Shown: positions 48,220 through 58,892, numbered from the stretch's first letter. The stretch: 64,000 nt of DNA from a virus (IMGVR_UViG_3300045921_000463:16457-80456), one strand, 5' to 3'. Program-made: numbers and translations. The notes: generated from the letters alone by a model not told the origin.

Positions 48220-49554
48220 TTAGCGCCCGAAGATAACGGAGCCGAACTCGTCAGCCACCTTTTTGGATATATTATCCTTCCTGTCGTTGAAAGACGTTGC
48301 GTCCTCGTCCTTCGACAAGTCAGAGGTAGGAACCGACTTCGATATTTGCCTGCGAGCAGCAATCCTGTCAACCACTTTTGCAAGCTGTTCGACGGAATCT
48401 GCGACAGGCGTGATGTACTTCCTTACAACTTCCTCGATGTCAGGCTGCGCAATAACCCGGTTATTGGCGGTATCGGGCATGGTCCGTTCGGCGGACTTTT
48501 CTGCAACAAAACCGTCTTCGATGAGCGCCATGCCGAAGCCGGTTGCCCATTTCTGCAACGATTCGAAGGTTTCCGGCGTCGTATGTTTCATGACTTCTTC
48601 GGGTTCCGATTCAACAAAGGACTCAAAAAGAGCATTCTGTGCAAGGACGAGGGAAACGACAGATTCCGCATCCTTGCGAAGCTGCGATTCAAGATCGTCG
48701 CCGCCTGCATTGAGAGATTTGCGGACTGCCTGAGTAAACGTCCACATCACTTCCTCGAACCCCGGCACCGCCCCGCCTTTCATTCCGGCCTTTAGAAGTT
48801 TGGCGAACGAGGTATCGTTTTGCTCGATCCATATTTCATAGTGGTCGAACTTGCGAATGGCAGGCGTGTTCGACTTTCGCAGATTTTCGAGAAACACTGC
48901 CCTCTTGGAAAGCGCCACAGGCATTTCGGCAGCAATGGAATCGCTTTGTTTGGACACGGAAATTGCATTCTCCTTGGCGCTGACCTCGGTTTCTTCCTTG
49001 TCGTTTGCTTCTTCTGCGACGTGATTTTCCGAAGCGTCTTCGGAATCGTTCTCCGAACCGTCCTCGGAATTTGCAGCCTTGACGAAATAGGCACCGACTT
49101 CGGCGATGACCCCATCCTCTCCGGTGTCGATTTCATCTTTTCTGACAAATTCGACACCCTCTGCATCCTTGTTGAGGACAGTGATTACAGTATCGCCGTC
49201 AACGAATTCCATTTCGCCTTCAAAATCCGAGTTTTCCATGAAATTCCTTACGTCCTCGACAGAAGCGAAATGCTCCTTTTCGAAGACGAACTTTGTAATC
49301 ATGGTTTCCCGCTTGTTGGCAACTTCCTCGACGTATTTGCGTTTCTGGGAAGTGTTGACTGCCTTGTTGGATTTCTGTGCAGCCTGCTTTTCGGGGGCCG
49401 TGTTCCGGCGCTTGATATTCATCTGGATGTCCTCTTGCTTGACAACGACGAAGGGCGAACCTGTTGCACCTCTGTTTACAACCGAAACAAACGAGGGTGT
49501 CGCATCGACAAGGGCCGTGACCTTGCGTCGATACGTTTTTTTGACAGGTTTCAT
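48220..49554 (-). CDS. Scaffold-like protein with N-terminal protease-type motif
   Basis: LVDATPSFVSVVNRGA at the N-terminus, acidic and helical remainder, directly upstream of the capsid gene. Confidence 0.6.
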   Translation of the reverse strand: MKPVKKTYRRKVTALVDATPSFVSVVNRGATGSPFVVVKQEDIQMNIKRRNTAPEKQAAQKSNKAVNTSQKRKYVEEVANKRETMITKFVFEKEHFASVEDVRNFMENSDFEGEMEFVDGDTVITVLNKDAEGVEFVRKDEIDTGEDGVIAEVGAYFVKAANSEDGSENDSEDASENHVAEEANDKEETEVSAKENAISVSKQSDSIAAEMPVALSKRAVFLENLRKSNTPAIRKFDHYEIWIEQNDTSFAKLLKAGMKGGAVPGFEEVMWTFTQAVRKSLNAGGDDLESQLRKDAESVVSLVLAQNALFESFVESEPEEVMKHTTPETFESLQKWATGFGMALIEDGFVAEKSAERTMPDTANNRVIAQPDIEEVVRKYITPVADSVEQLAKVVDRIAARRQISKSVPTSDLSKDEDATSFNDRKDNISKKVADEFGSVIFGR

Positions 49555-49561
49555 GCTCCCC

Positions 49562-50194
49562 TCACAAGACTATTCGGTGGGTGTGGTTATTGGTAGCATC
49601 CGTCACGGACAAATCGCTTATGCTATGAGTATGGCCTTCGGTTCCGCCCTGTCCGGTAAATCCTCGGGCTACGTTCCCTGCACTGTCCATCTGTACCAGA
49701 TAAAGATGTGTGTGTCCATCCTCGGAATGCGGCATGGTCTCTCCTATGGACCACGCCATGAATTCGATTTCGGCTTCATGCTCGATAGTGAAGGCGCGTA
49801 CTTCCATGCTGTAGCCGTTCAATTCTCCGCGCTTGATCCTTTCCCACACTACCGGGTCGTTTATTTTCGTGGTAGCGATCCATGAGCCCGCCTGCGCAAA
49901 CTCCGTATCTTCGCGCTGGATGTAGCTTTCGACGACAACCGCAGAAATCGGTTTGTTGTCATGCATGATGTCAACTTGTTTCTGCAAGCCCCTTTCGAGA
50001 AAGGCGTGGGCTGTCTTTTCGATTTCGTCTGCGGTCATGTAGTGACCATGACTGTCAAGAACAAAGGGACTGTAGACAACACCCGTTACCAGATGCTGCT
50101 CGTTGTCGATCTTGTGTATCTTGTAGTCTATCCTTACGGCAACGTTGCCGTTATCGGTTTCCCATTTTCTTAGCAGTTTTCTCGTGTCAAACAT
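49562..50194 (-). CDS. XkdF-like prohead serine protease (start MFDTRK)
   Basis: LVTGVVYSP..DSHG..MTADEIEKTAH.F, DIMHD, VVESY, GELNGYSM; GHTH repeats. Confidence 0.85.
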   Translation of the reverse strand: MFDTRKLLRKWETDNGNVAVRIDYKIHKIDNEQHLVTGVVYSPFVLDSHGHYMTADEIEKTAHAFLERGLQKQVDIMHDNKPISAVVVESYIQREDTEFAQAGSWIATTKINDPVVWERIKRGELNGYSMEVRAFTIEHEAEIEFMAWSIGETMPHSEDGHTHLYLVQMDSAGNVARGFTGQGGTEGHTHSISDLSVTDATNNHTHRIVL

Positions 50195-50217
50195 CTGAAT
50201 ACCTCTCTGTAACCGCG

Positions 50218-51957
50218 TTATTGCGAGGCAGATGCGCGTTTTACGTTTTCGAGAAGCTCGTCCAGCATCAGATGAACCGAGTTGGCAATCTCGTTTTGGG
50301 CATCGGGCGGTGAAGCACCGGCAACGCCTTCCGAAAACCCGTTCACGATATACTCGAATCCCTTTACTCGTGCGCCACGGTTGAGGTTGACAAGTGTTGC
50401 ATTCCAAGGCATGTCGCCCCATTCCTCGGTTATGGATTCGACAGACAGATTCAGGTATCTGTTTGCCAGTTCGATGCAGACGTTCGGAGTAAGTGCGCCC
50501 TGCGCACCAAGAACCCCGAGAAGTTGCGAAATCTCTTGTGGATCGTTGTAGGAAGGCTGCGAGGATCGCACAGACCAGTACTGCAAATCCCAATCGCGCA
50601 ACACCACGTTTTCCATGAAGGAATCCCACATCCGGCGCTCCGGGACAAAAACCTGCTGCTCTGCTGTCTGCATGGACGCAAAGGCAGATGCGCGGTTGTA
50701 TTCTTCGGCTGATCCGATGTAGATCGGAGGCAGGCGGAAAGACTGTCTGATCTTTTCGGACGCATCCTTGATGTACTTCGAAAACAGACCCTCATGCTGC
50801 CTGTCGGAAAGCATGGGCTTGATGTCAACCTTGGGTGCGGGGGCAGAGCCGTCTATGGAAGCCATTTCGGATGCCTCGGTAGTCGCTTCAAGAACAACGA
50901 TCCGGTTCATGGAACCTTGCCCGCGAACTGCGTTGAAGTAATTTACAATCTTCGAATAGCTTTCTTCGGTAAGCGCACCGCCGGACACGAGAACCGCAAG
51001 CGCCGGAATGGCATTGTCGCGGAAGAAGGACAAGTTGACCATTTCGGCTTCGCGGCTTCCGAGCAATGCCGGAATACAGCCAGACCATTGCGGAGTGCCA
51101 TACGGGGAACCGGGCGTATAATACGAGTCATACCATATGGAGGTGGCTTCTTCTTCAATGGACAGCGAATTGTCCACCTTTCCTGTTGCGGGGTCGATCT
51201 TTCTTGGATCGCCCCACTCCTTGTAGTATATCATGCGACCGAAAACGTCGCGTTGAACAAAGCGGCGAAAACGACGTTTCTGCTGCACAAAGGTTCCGAG
51301 CCGGTTATTGTATACGGGTACTTCGACAGGTTCCTTTTCGAGTCTGGTCAACAGGAGCGTGTTTGTCGGAATGCGCGCTATGTTTACTACGCGACCAAGC
51401 GCGTCCTGAATTACCTCGAAAGCACGAGAACCTATTACTTCCTTGTCGATACGGGAACGCATCCTCGCTTGTTGAAGCGTCTCTCCGTTGATTACAAGTG
51501 TTTCAAGAAACGCTTCCAGTCTCTCGTACTCTCGACGGGAGGGGCGGCTGTCGCGTCTGCCTTCGGGTCCGATATACTCGATCTTGATGCCATAGCTCTC
51601 GATATTGGTGACGTAAGCCGAAACACACTCCCGCAAGGTTGTGCTGGCCAGATAAAGCTGCGAAAGCTGCTTGAACGGAAATATAGGGTTTACAATAGGC
51701 AGTTGCTCGTCATTCGACGAGGTGATGTCGAAGATCACGGTTCCATCGCTTTCGAAAGTCGAAAGGTCGTTGAATCCGAAAAGTCCCTTCTGGATCGTTC
51801 TTGCTTCAAGAAGAGGTTGCAAGTGACCGGTTACGAACTCCTGCCGCTTTCCAATCGGTATTTCCCTGCCCAACGACTTGCGCAAGGATGTGCCATACGG
51901 ATACAACGAACCGGGGTTGGCGGATGCCCGATTGCTGCCAATATTCGTTTTTGCCAT
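50218..51957 (-). CDS. Portal protein (PBSX-like)
   Basis: YGTPQW, FFRDNAIP, FRLPPIYIG, YNRASA. Confidence 0.88.
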   Translation of the reverse strand: MAKTNIGSNRASANPGSLYPYGTSLRKSLGREIPIGKRQEFVTGHLQPLLEARTIQKGLFGFNDLSTFESDGTVIFDITSSNDEQLPIVNPIFPFKQLSQLYLASTTLRECVSAYVTNIESYGIKIEYIGPEGRRDSRPSRREYERLEAFLETLVINGETLQQARMRSRIDKEVIGSRAFEVIQDALGRVVNIARIPTNTLLLTRLEKEPVEVPVYNNRLGTFVQQKRRFRRFVQRDVFGRMIYYKEWGDPRKIDPATGKVDNSLSIEEEATSIWYDSYYTPGSPYGTPQWSGCIPALLGSREAEMVNLSFFRDNAIPALAVLVSGGALTEESYSKIVNYFNAVRGQGSMNRIVVLEATTEASEMASIDGSAPAPKVDIKPMLSDRQHEGLFSKYIKDASEKIRQSFRLPPIYIGSAEEYNRASAFASMQTAEQQVFVPERRMWDSFMENVVLRDWDLQYWSVRSSQPSYNDPQEISQLLGVLGAQGALTPNVCIELANRYLNLSVESITEEWGDMPWNATLVNLNRGARVKGFEYIVNGFSEGVAGASPPDAQNEIANSVHLMLDELLENVKRASASQ

Positions 51958-52021
51958 GAAAGCCGCACCGTCTGGGGGTTACGGCATGACTATAGCTCTT
52001 TGGCAAGGCGACTTCAACGCC

Positions 52022-52510
52022 TCATTTGCGGTGCTGCGGCAAACGCTTCAATGCTCTTGTCGGTTTTATCTGTTTTCTCGGCTCTGATAGAAGTTCCATC
52101 GAACCTTTTTTTCTGAAACTGCGCGCAAGTTCCGGCATGTCCCACAGAAATATCTGTCGGTAGATGAGCGGCAACCCGCTATTCAGCGCCTCGATTTGTT
52201 CCAGCATTTTGCGTGAGTAAAGATGCCGCACAAGTCCGTTGTAATCCGGGTCGGAAAGCGGAGATACTCCGCAACCACGCCACATGATGCTGCACAAGAA
52301 ATACAGAAACAACTTGTGGTCGAGTCTCATTGTCTGAAAGCTGTTGCCGCTTTTTGCTTCCGCGACCATGTTCAAAAGATCAAGAGCCGAAACGCTATGG
52401 CAATAACGTGTTATAGCACATATGAACCTATGCCGCATTGCTCTGCGCCAACAATCGCCGTAAAGGGCGTCCATTTGTTCTTCCGGTGTCAGCCGCTTGC
52501 GCAATTTCAT
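52022..52510 (-). CDS. Hypothetical protein (start MKLRKR)
   Basis: AGGAG SD; coupled to the upstream gene; LSDPDYN motif. Confidence 0.55.
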   Translation of the reverse strand: MKLRKRLTPEEQMDALYGDCWRRAMRHRFICAITRYCHSVSALDLLNMVAEAKSGNSFQTMRLDHKLFLYFLCSIMWRGCGVSPLSDPDYNGLVRHLYSRKMLEQIEALNSGLPLIYRQIFLWDMPELARSFRKKGSMELLSEPRKQIKPTRALKRLPQHRK

Positions 52511-52938
52511 TTGCGACTCCTGTAAGGATTCCTCCCGAATCTGAAAGCCCACAGCGGGCACGTAACGTCTGCGCATTCGGTTACAAGTTTTCGAGAACCC
52601 GTACACACTATGCACATGGCGGTTATTGCAGTGTGCCTGTTACGAACTCTGTTGCGATAACGCTGCTCTGTAGGTGTTGACTTGTCGAACGGGGTTCTCA
52701 GCAACTTGAAACGATCAGCGATTGACAACGGAATAAGGTCCGGCAGATCGCCACATGCCGCAGCAAGATTACCGAAGCCACGGGCAGTAGCCCCATCAAG
52801 AGAGTCCATGTTCTTGAAAAATCCTGTATTTTCGACAGGCTTTTTCGGCTTTGCTTCGATGGTCGGAAACTTTTTGGGCGCGGTTTCGTTTTCCATCATC
52901 GGTGAATTTGCGGGTAATTCGCGTTTCCTGATTGCCAT
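52507..52938 (-). CDS. Cys4 zinc-binding protein, paralog 2
   Basis: AITAMCIVC..ECADVTCPLWAFRFG. Confidence 0.7.
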   Translation of the reverse strand: MAIRKRELPANSPMMENETAPKKFPTIEAKPKKPVENTGFFKNMDSLDGATARGFGNLAAACGDLPDLIPLSIADRFKLLRTPFDKSTPTEQRYRNRVRNRHTAITAMCIVCTGSRKLVTECADVTCPLWAFRFGRNPYRSRK

Positions 52939-53499
52939 TCAGTCCTCTGCATCTTCGTTGTCTTCATCCTCGTCGTCCGCGAAAAGGTCTGAATCGAAAT
53001 CGTCGTTTTCGACTGCATCGGAAGGTTCCGAAACGGGCAATGGAGGAGGTGGCTCATGGCCTCGAAGCGGATCGGTACCCATGCGGAAGTTCCATAGAGG
53101 ACAGGTAAGCATTGCACATTCCTTGACTCCGGCAACGGAACCGCCTTGGCAGTCTATGCAATATGCACGAATTGCGGTTGCCGGATTTTTTACACGAGCC
53201 CTGTACTTGTCTACAAGAGCATCTTCGTGCAATGGCTGATTGCAAACTTCGCGCAACTTGTCTTTACTGAGAATTCGGGGGTCGGCGCCCTGCCAAGACA
53301 AGCAATATTCTACGCGATTGCAGTACCGCCCGATTTTCATGCGCTTAATCGGGTTTTTCTCGTTTTCCAGTTGTTCTTGCAGGGTTTCCAGTTTTTTTTC
53401 GAGCAAAATTCGGAAACCTGACGATTCTTCTGATAGCGGCTTGTCGTAGTGGTCCGGCACTGTCGTTGGTCTTGGTCTTGTGCTCTGGTTGTCTGTCAT
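52939..53499 (-). CDS. Cys4 zinc-binding protein, paralog 1
   Basis: AIRAYCIDC..ECAMLTCPLWNFRMG; acidic tail. Confidence 0.7.
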   Translation of the reverse strand: MTDNQSTRPRPTTVPDHYDKPLSEESSGFRILLEKKLETLQEQLENEKNPIKRMKIGRYCNRVEYCLSWQGADPRILSKDKLREVCNQPLHEDALVDKYRARVKNPATAIRAYCIDCQGGSVAGVKECAMLTCPLWNFRMGTDPLRGHEPPPPLPVSEPSDAVENDDFDSDLFADDEDEDNEDAED

Positions 53500-53749
53500 C
53501 TACGCGGCTCCCTTGCTGTTCGATAGCCATAGCCAATACGTTCAAGAGTGCATCGAAGCAGTTGTCGTCTACCTTTACTGCCCAAGGCCGTGTCGCATCG
53601 AGGTAACGAACGATTGCCTGAAAGCTGACAGGACGAATAGATGACATGCCATTGGAAAGATCATACCGTGCCACTCTTAGAACAAGTTCCGTGCAACCTG
53701 CCTGAAAAACATTAGCGAGAAGCTTTTCAAGTGTTATATTATCTGACAT
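53345..53749 (-). CDS. Hypothetical protein (start MSDNIT)
   Basis: GGAG SD; fills the gap after terminase. Confidence 0.45.
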   Translation of the reverse strand: MSDNITLEKLLANVFQAGCTELVLRVARYDLSNGMSSIRPVSFQAIVRYLDATRPWAVKVDDNCFDALLNVLAMAIEQQGSRVDDRQPEHKTKTNDSAGPLRQAAIRRIVRFPNFARKKTGNPARTTGKREKPD

Positions 53750-53799
53750 TGGATGTGTGCTCCGATATGTTCGAACGGTAGCGCAAAAATCTGATAAAA

Positions 53800-55827
53800 T
53801 CAAGCAGATTTATGCCTACTTGCAGATCTTCGAACAATTTTTTTTCGTAGCGTTCGCCGATGTATGCTTTCCTTGCCTTCCTGTTTCTTGAGCTCCATCA
53901 ACTCGATGTTTTCGTGCAAGGTACGACGCCCGTGCAGCATGTAGCCACCTTGTCCAACGAAAATCGGTTGCTGAGTCCAAGCTGCGCGTCTTGTCATAAG
54001 GTATGAGGCAACACCGCATACCGCATCGGCAATATCCTTGCTTCCTCCATTAGGGCGATGATCAATTTTTTCCTTGCTTCCGGCGCGAACATACTCAAGC
54101 TCTACCAGTTCCTTCATCAGATAATTATGGCGAGGCATGAATATACGACCATCGTTTATTGCATCACGAAAGGCAACATAGGGTTGCGGATTTCTGTCAA
54201 CCGAAAGATAGTCGGTTGCGTACCCCTTTTTTGCGAGAATCTGTCTGAAATCTACGGAGTTGAAACCGTCGGTAGTGACGATCTTGATAGGAAGTCCGTA
54301 TTTTTCCTTCAAATCGTATATGATCTGACGGATCATGGAAAAATCTATTTCGCCGTTGGGCGGAGGAACAATTCTTAGAACAACGTCGAAGGCAATGACG
54401 GGGAGCACTTCTGTTACTGTCTGGCCGGTTTCGAAATTTGTCCTGGTGCAGGTCTTGGTACCCGCGACATGCCCTATGGCAAGACCAGCCGCGTCCCTGC
54501 TTACGGCAAGGTCAACATGCGCTACTCGCATCTGTTTTACATCGGTACGAAGATTGGCTTCGATAACACTTGGTTTCGTGACGTGAAGATCGACTTCTTC
54601 GATGTTGTGAAGAAGCCTGTATCCGTACTGCTCCGCAAGTGACATGCAGTTGTAGATCGCTTCCCGATTCCGCAAAAACGGTCTGGTAGCCAGCGTGGTT
54701 CGACCAGCAAGGTCTCTGATCGAGCCGTCAACATCCTTGATGAATTCCGAACGGAAATCTTCCGGCACCTCTATGACTTCCATATCCGGCGGCGCAGTCT
54801 CGTTTTCGTTCAGTATACGAGACTTGTGCCGTTCGTTACCGACAAGAACGCGAAAGCTCTTGGGGCTGTACTTGTCTCTGCCTCTCGATTCCCATAGAGA
54901 CTTGGAAAACACGTAAATCTGCGGATCGGGTCCGCCCTGAGACGCTGCTTCTGCCGCTTTGATTTCCGTGAAGTCGTCAGGGTATCGTGAAGACGACACC
55001 AGAAAAAGGATACCGGGAAGTTTTCCGCGCGACATGAAACGGGAACGACGACGTTTTGAAAGATTCAGGTAAAGGTTTTTTGCCTGATCGTATTCGCCCG
55101 ATGTGTCTGCGTGTTCGTTCTTCGACTTGGCAACTTTTTGCATGAAGTTCATTTCGTCGAGCAAGCCGCCGATCACGTTCAGCGAGATTGCACCCGTGTC
55201 CGATGAAGACACTGGCATGACGGTAACGCGCTGCTCCCGAAACACCATTTCGGAAGTTATGCGCTTGTCATAAGGATACACCTTTGTGAAGTACGGCGAA
55301 TTGGAGATATAGGCCCCCATTTCCTGAAAAACGGCTTTCTTTGCCGTGCTGAGCCGAACCGACTGTATTGTAAAAACAATGGACGAATTCCTCTGCACGC
55401 CAAATGTGGCCTGCGGGTGCCTCAAACACGAAATCAGATAAAGCTGTCTCAGTATCCCAAGATTGGCGATAGTCGATTTGCCTGAACCGATACCGCCCTT
55501 GATCACAGCCTCTACGTAATTTCCGTTGTCAAGTTCGTGCAACGCTTCCGTTACCCCCGGAAAAAGTTCCGAAGGTCGAAGCCCGAGATACATCGAGCCA
55601 TAAAGAAACTCGTCCAGAGGGACAGGTGTACGGCGATATTTCGTAAGCTCGATCAACCTTTCGAAATCGCCATCCTTTCTGACCTGCTCGATTGCACGTC
55701 GAAGCTGATCGGTAATCGACGGGTCGTTCAATTGATCCAGTTCCTGCTGTAACCGGGTTATAGCTTCGTTTATTTCTACCTGCCGAAACGCTTCTAAAGA
55801 CGGCGGGAGCGTTTTTCTGGCAGGCAT
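53800..55827 (-). CDS. terL: Terminase large subunit
   Basis: Walker A GGIGSGKS, Walker B GLLDE, LVSS coupling motif, nuclease HVDLA..D and SKDIADAV. Confidence 0.9.
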   Translation of the reverse strand: MPARKTLPPSLEAFRQVEINEAITRLQQELDQLNDPSITDQLRRAIEQVRKDGDFERLIELTKYRRTPVPLDEFLYGSMYLGLRPSELFPGVTEALHELDNGNYVEAVIKGGIGSGKSTIANLGILRQLYLISCLRHPQATFGVQRNSSIVFTIQSVRLSTAKKAVFQEMGAYISNSPYFTKVYPYDKRITSEMVFREQRVTVMPVSSSDTGAISLNVIGGLLDEMNFMQKVAKSKNEHADTSGEYDQAKNLYLNLSKRRRSRFMSRGKLPGILFLVSSSRYPDDFTEIKAAEAASQGGPDPQIYVFSKSLWESRGRDKYSPKSFRVLVGNERHKSRILNENETAPPDMEVIEVPEDFRSEFIKDVDGSIRDLAGRTTLATRPFLRNREAIYNCMSLAEQYGYRLLHNIEEVDLHVTKPSVIEANLRTDVKQMRVAHVDLAVSRDAAGLAIGHVAGTKTCTRTNFETGQTVTEVLPVIAFDVVLRIVPPPNGEIDFSMIRQIIYDLKEKYGLPIKIVTTDGFNSVDFRQILAKKGYATDYLSVDRNPQPYVAFRDAINDGRIFMPRHNYLMKELVELEYVRAGSKEKIDHRPNGGSKDIADAVCGVASYLMTRRAAWTQQPIFVGQGGYMLHGRRTLHENIELMELKKQEGKESIHRRTLRKKIVRRSASRHKSA

Positions 55828-55828
55828 G

Positions 55829-56494
55829 TCATGGCTCCTGCGATTGCATCAACTGAAATATTGCGTTTGTCAGTGCCGCACGCTTTTCCTCGTCATGCTG
55901 AATGTTCTGCACACCGTCTCTTATTTCATGGTCGGGAACCGCACCGACACCGGCAGCGGTGTTGAGCGTCTTGCCCATGCGCAGACGCGCGTACTTTTCT
56001 ATAAGTTCGCCAAGTACCTGTACTTCCTTGTGCGTAGTGTTGAACAGTTTGCCGATGTTGCGTTCGCTGGCAAAATCAATCGAAATTCTGACCTTTTGCA
56101 GCGCAATCAGCTTGGCGAGTTCGGTTTCGGATGTCAGTATGGCAGCATTTCCGTCGAAAAGATGATCGTATGCCACGATACCGTCGGACTGGTTAGGGTC
56201 CATAAGCTTGCAAAGTTCCGGGTGCGCACGACGGAACATCGAAAGATACGCGATGGCAGTCTTGCGGTTTATCTGAAACTCGCCGCGCTCTATGAAAAAA
56301 TCGGCAATGTCGGAATTGCTTGTCCCAAGACGCATCATTGCGATGATGGTCGGATACTGGCTGTGATTCATGATGAAGTTGGTAGCAACAATGGTTTGCC
56401 TCTCGTAGGCCGTAAGAACACGCCCTTCGGTCTTGTTTGCCCCGACAGGCTTGGGAATTATGCGTCGGCGGCGGGTGTTCGGTCTGTTGCTCAT
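55829..56494 (-). CDS. Putative terminase small subunit
   Basis: Helical 221-aa ORF immediately upstream of terL; positional inference. Confidence 0.45.
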   Translation of the reverse strand: MSNRPNTRRRRIIPKPVGANKTEGRVLTAYERQTIVATNFIMNHSQYPTIIAMMRLGTSNSDIADFFIERGEFQINRKTAIAYLSMFRRAHPELCKLMDPNQSDGIVAYDHLFDGNAAILTSETELAKLIALQKVRISIDFASERNIGKLFNTTHKEVQVLGELIEKYARLRMGKTLNTAAGVGAVPDHEIRDGVQNIQHDEEKRAALTNAIFQLMQSQEP

Positions 56495-57330
56495 TTACCC
56501 GCTGGCCTTTTGCGAACGACCTTCTTGTTTACAGCCTTGAGCTTTACTCCCGCACCGATTTCCCTTGCAGCGTCTGCTATGATCTTCTGCATGAATGACT
56601 GCATGGACTGTCCGGTAGAATCCAGACGATCACGCAACGCTGTTAACAGACTGTCTGTTGCGTCGTCGATCTGAACATAGTGGTGATTTTTTCCGCCGAA
56701 ACTGAAAACAAGGTACCCGGTTTCGGCTTCGCTGCCTTGTTCCTTGAAAATCTTGTGCAGGATCGAGCTCAGATCGTCTACGGATTTGATCTTTTCCTTT
56801 GCTTTTGCAAGAACCGCTTTCTGTTTGGGAGTCAGGGATTTTTCGATACCTTCGTAAACTGCCTCGAATTCCTTTTTCTCGGTGAAACCAAGCATGGTCT
56901 GCAACAGTTTCGGGTCGTACTTTCTTGCCAACTCTGTATATAGCTTGGTAAATTTCTGGGTATTCATCTGGCCGTGGACGATATTCCGCTTGACCAGCGC
57001 GATCTTTTGCTTGTCCTCGTCCCAGCTTTCCTTGATGACTGCGGGTACGTCAGCCATGCCAGCTACGCGCGCAGCCTTTACCCGATGGTGGCCGCTGGCA
57101 ATCAGATATTTTCCCTCGTCTCTGGGATGCGGAATGACGATGATCGGTTCGTCGAAGCCGCTTTCCTGTATCTCCTGAACAAGAATGTCGAACTTGTCCT
57201 CTTTCATCTCGTTAGGATTAAGCTCGTCCATTACGAGAAGTTCGAGAGGGATGTCGAACACTTGAAGCTTGCTTTGCTTCAAGTTTTCCTTGTCAGGTTT
57301 GCCAGCGGGTCGAGTAGTGAGCTTTTTCAT
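56491..57330 (-). CDS. ParB/Srx N-terminal domain protein
   Basis: NPNEM..L..EIQESGFDEPIIV..IASGHHRVKAA. Confidence 0.85.
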   Translation of the reverse strand: MKKLTTRPAGKPDKENLKQSKLQVFDIPLELLVMDELNPNEMKEDKFDILVQEIQESGFDEPIIVIPHPRDEGKYLIASGHHRVKAARVAGMADVPAVIKESWDEDKQKIALVKRNIVHGQMNTQKFTKLYTELARKYDPKLLQTMLGFTEKKEFEAVYEGIEKSLTPKQKAVLAKAKEKIKSVDDLSSILHKIFKEQGSEAETGYLVFSFGGKNHHYVQIDDATDSLLTALRDRLDSTGQSMQSFMQKIIADAAREIGAGVKLKAVNKKVVRKRPAGK

Positions 57331-58871
57331 TTGGCTGCTCTCGTGTTTGCGTAGTCTCTTTCAAAGACATCCTTGCGTACGAATACCTCATCCGGTCCAT
57401 CGCAAAGATCGACATATCCGCAATACCGCATGGCATGATGTATCGCGCCGCGTCCGTATGTCCATGTCGCGCGAATGTCAAGATTGCCTATGGACACTCC
57501 AAGGAAGCCACACTTGCGCAGATATGCCACGACATCGGCAAAAGTGTATCGTTCGCCTTTCAATTCCTCAAGGAAACCGAGTATGGCTCCCGATGTCTTG
57601 AACTTCGGCAGCGGTGCTCTTGCGATCCTTTCAAGTGCATCGACAAGTACGGAAATGTTTGTCGGCGCATCGAAAGTTCGCTTGAGATGCTGCCGCCACG
57701 GTTCGATCATGTCGCGCGCTTCATCGGGATTTTCCTTGATGAAGCGAAGATGGCCTATGAGGGCGTCACGATCCGAAGGTTTGACTACAAACGGATAATC
57801 CGGGAAAAACGTCTGCTGGTAGTCGGCTTCCGGCATGACAAGAGGCACGCCCATGTAGAGTGCTTCGCTTACCCCTACCGGACAATCGAGATGCGACATC
57901 GGAACAATACCGGCGTGCATAGTCCTTAGCAGTTTGAGGAAGGACACACGCGGATTGTTTTCAACAAGTTCGTAATACGGCTTGTCCGGTCCAAAAGTAA
58001 TACCATCCTTTGCAAGCCGTTTCTTCATTGGGCCGCCAAGCCTGCCAGAAAGCGAAACGATGAGCTTGGCATCCATGCCGGAAGCATAAAGCAGCCGCGA
58101 CCATTCGAGAAACTTTGTATAGGACACATTGATGATGCGCCCGATGCTTATCACCCTGAACCCGCTCTCGCTCTTGTACCTGTCGCGCTGATAAAGCCTG
58201 TCGAGTTCTTCTGTTTCTATCCCCGAAGGAATGACAAGACAGGTATCCAGCCAGTCCTGAATCACTTTCGGTCGGTAGATCGGCGTCATGCCCTGCACGA
58301 CTTCCGAGCGGTTGTGATCCGAAATGAAGACTGTCGCATCCGCAGCCAGATAGCCCTGACACTGTGCCAGCCAGTAAGCCTGACCGACAAACGAACGAAA
58401 CCGCGTTTGCGGATATTCCTCGATCACAATCATCGGCAAGCCATAATGCTTGTCCGTATAATAGCTGCCGTTATCGTGAAATCGCGGACTTTCGAGTATA
58501 CGCCGTATCATGCTTGCCGCGCCGGTGCGCGCGGTGCATATCACGTCGATATGGTACTTGCCTGCAATCCGGTTGAACAGATTGAAAAAATTGTCCGTAA
58601 CCAGACCATCCACAATGAACTGATCCTGAATGTACCCGGTCCTGATGATCCCCACGTTGGGGTGTTCCTCTATCGGATTCGCCTGATATTCGACATCAGG
58701 CAGCATCCAGTAGACGAAGTGCCCGCGTTTCACCAGTTCACGAACAAGCGAAACATACTTGTTGTATGTGGAGGAGGAACCAAGGTTGGCAATCTGCACG
58801 TAAACAGGATCGAGAAGAATTCTCAGACGCGGGGCCTGTACGTCTCTGTGAGCCCACTTTTTTTCTGTCAT
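57327..58871 (-). CDS. GT-B (GT4-like) glycosyltransferase
   Basis: GHFVY, VFISDH, VIPSGI, SIGR, SEALYMGVPLV. Confidence 0.75.
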   Translation of the reverse strand: MTEKKWAHRDVQAPRLRILLDPVYVQIANLGSSSTYNKYVSLVRELVKRGHFVYWMLPDVEYQANPIEEHPNVGIIRTGYIQDQFIVDGLVTDNFFNLFNRIAGKYHIDVICTARTGAASMIRRILESPRFHDNGSYYTDKHYGLPMIVIEEYPQTRFRSFVGQAYWLAQCQGYLAADATVFISDHNRSEVVQGMTPIYRPKVIQDWLDTCLVIPSGIETEELDRLYQRDRYKSESGFRVISIGRIINVSYTKFLEWSRLLYASGMDAKLIVSLSGRLGGPMKKRLAKDGITFGPDKPYYELVENNPRVSFLKLLRTMHAGIVPMSHLDCPVGVSEALYMGVPLVMPEADYQQTFFPDYPFVVKPSDRDALIGHLRFIKENPDEARDMIEPWRQHLKRTFDAPTNISVLVDALERIARAPLPKFKTSGAILGFLEELKGERYTFADVVAYLRKCGFLGVSIGNLDIRATWTYGRGAIHHAMRYCGYVDLCDGPDEVFVRKDVFERDYANTRAAK

Positions 58872-58892
58872 GAATCACCCGCTATAACAGCG

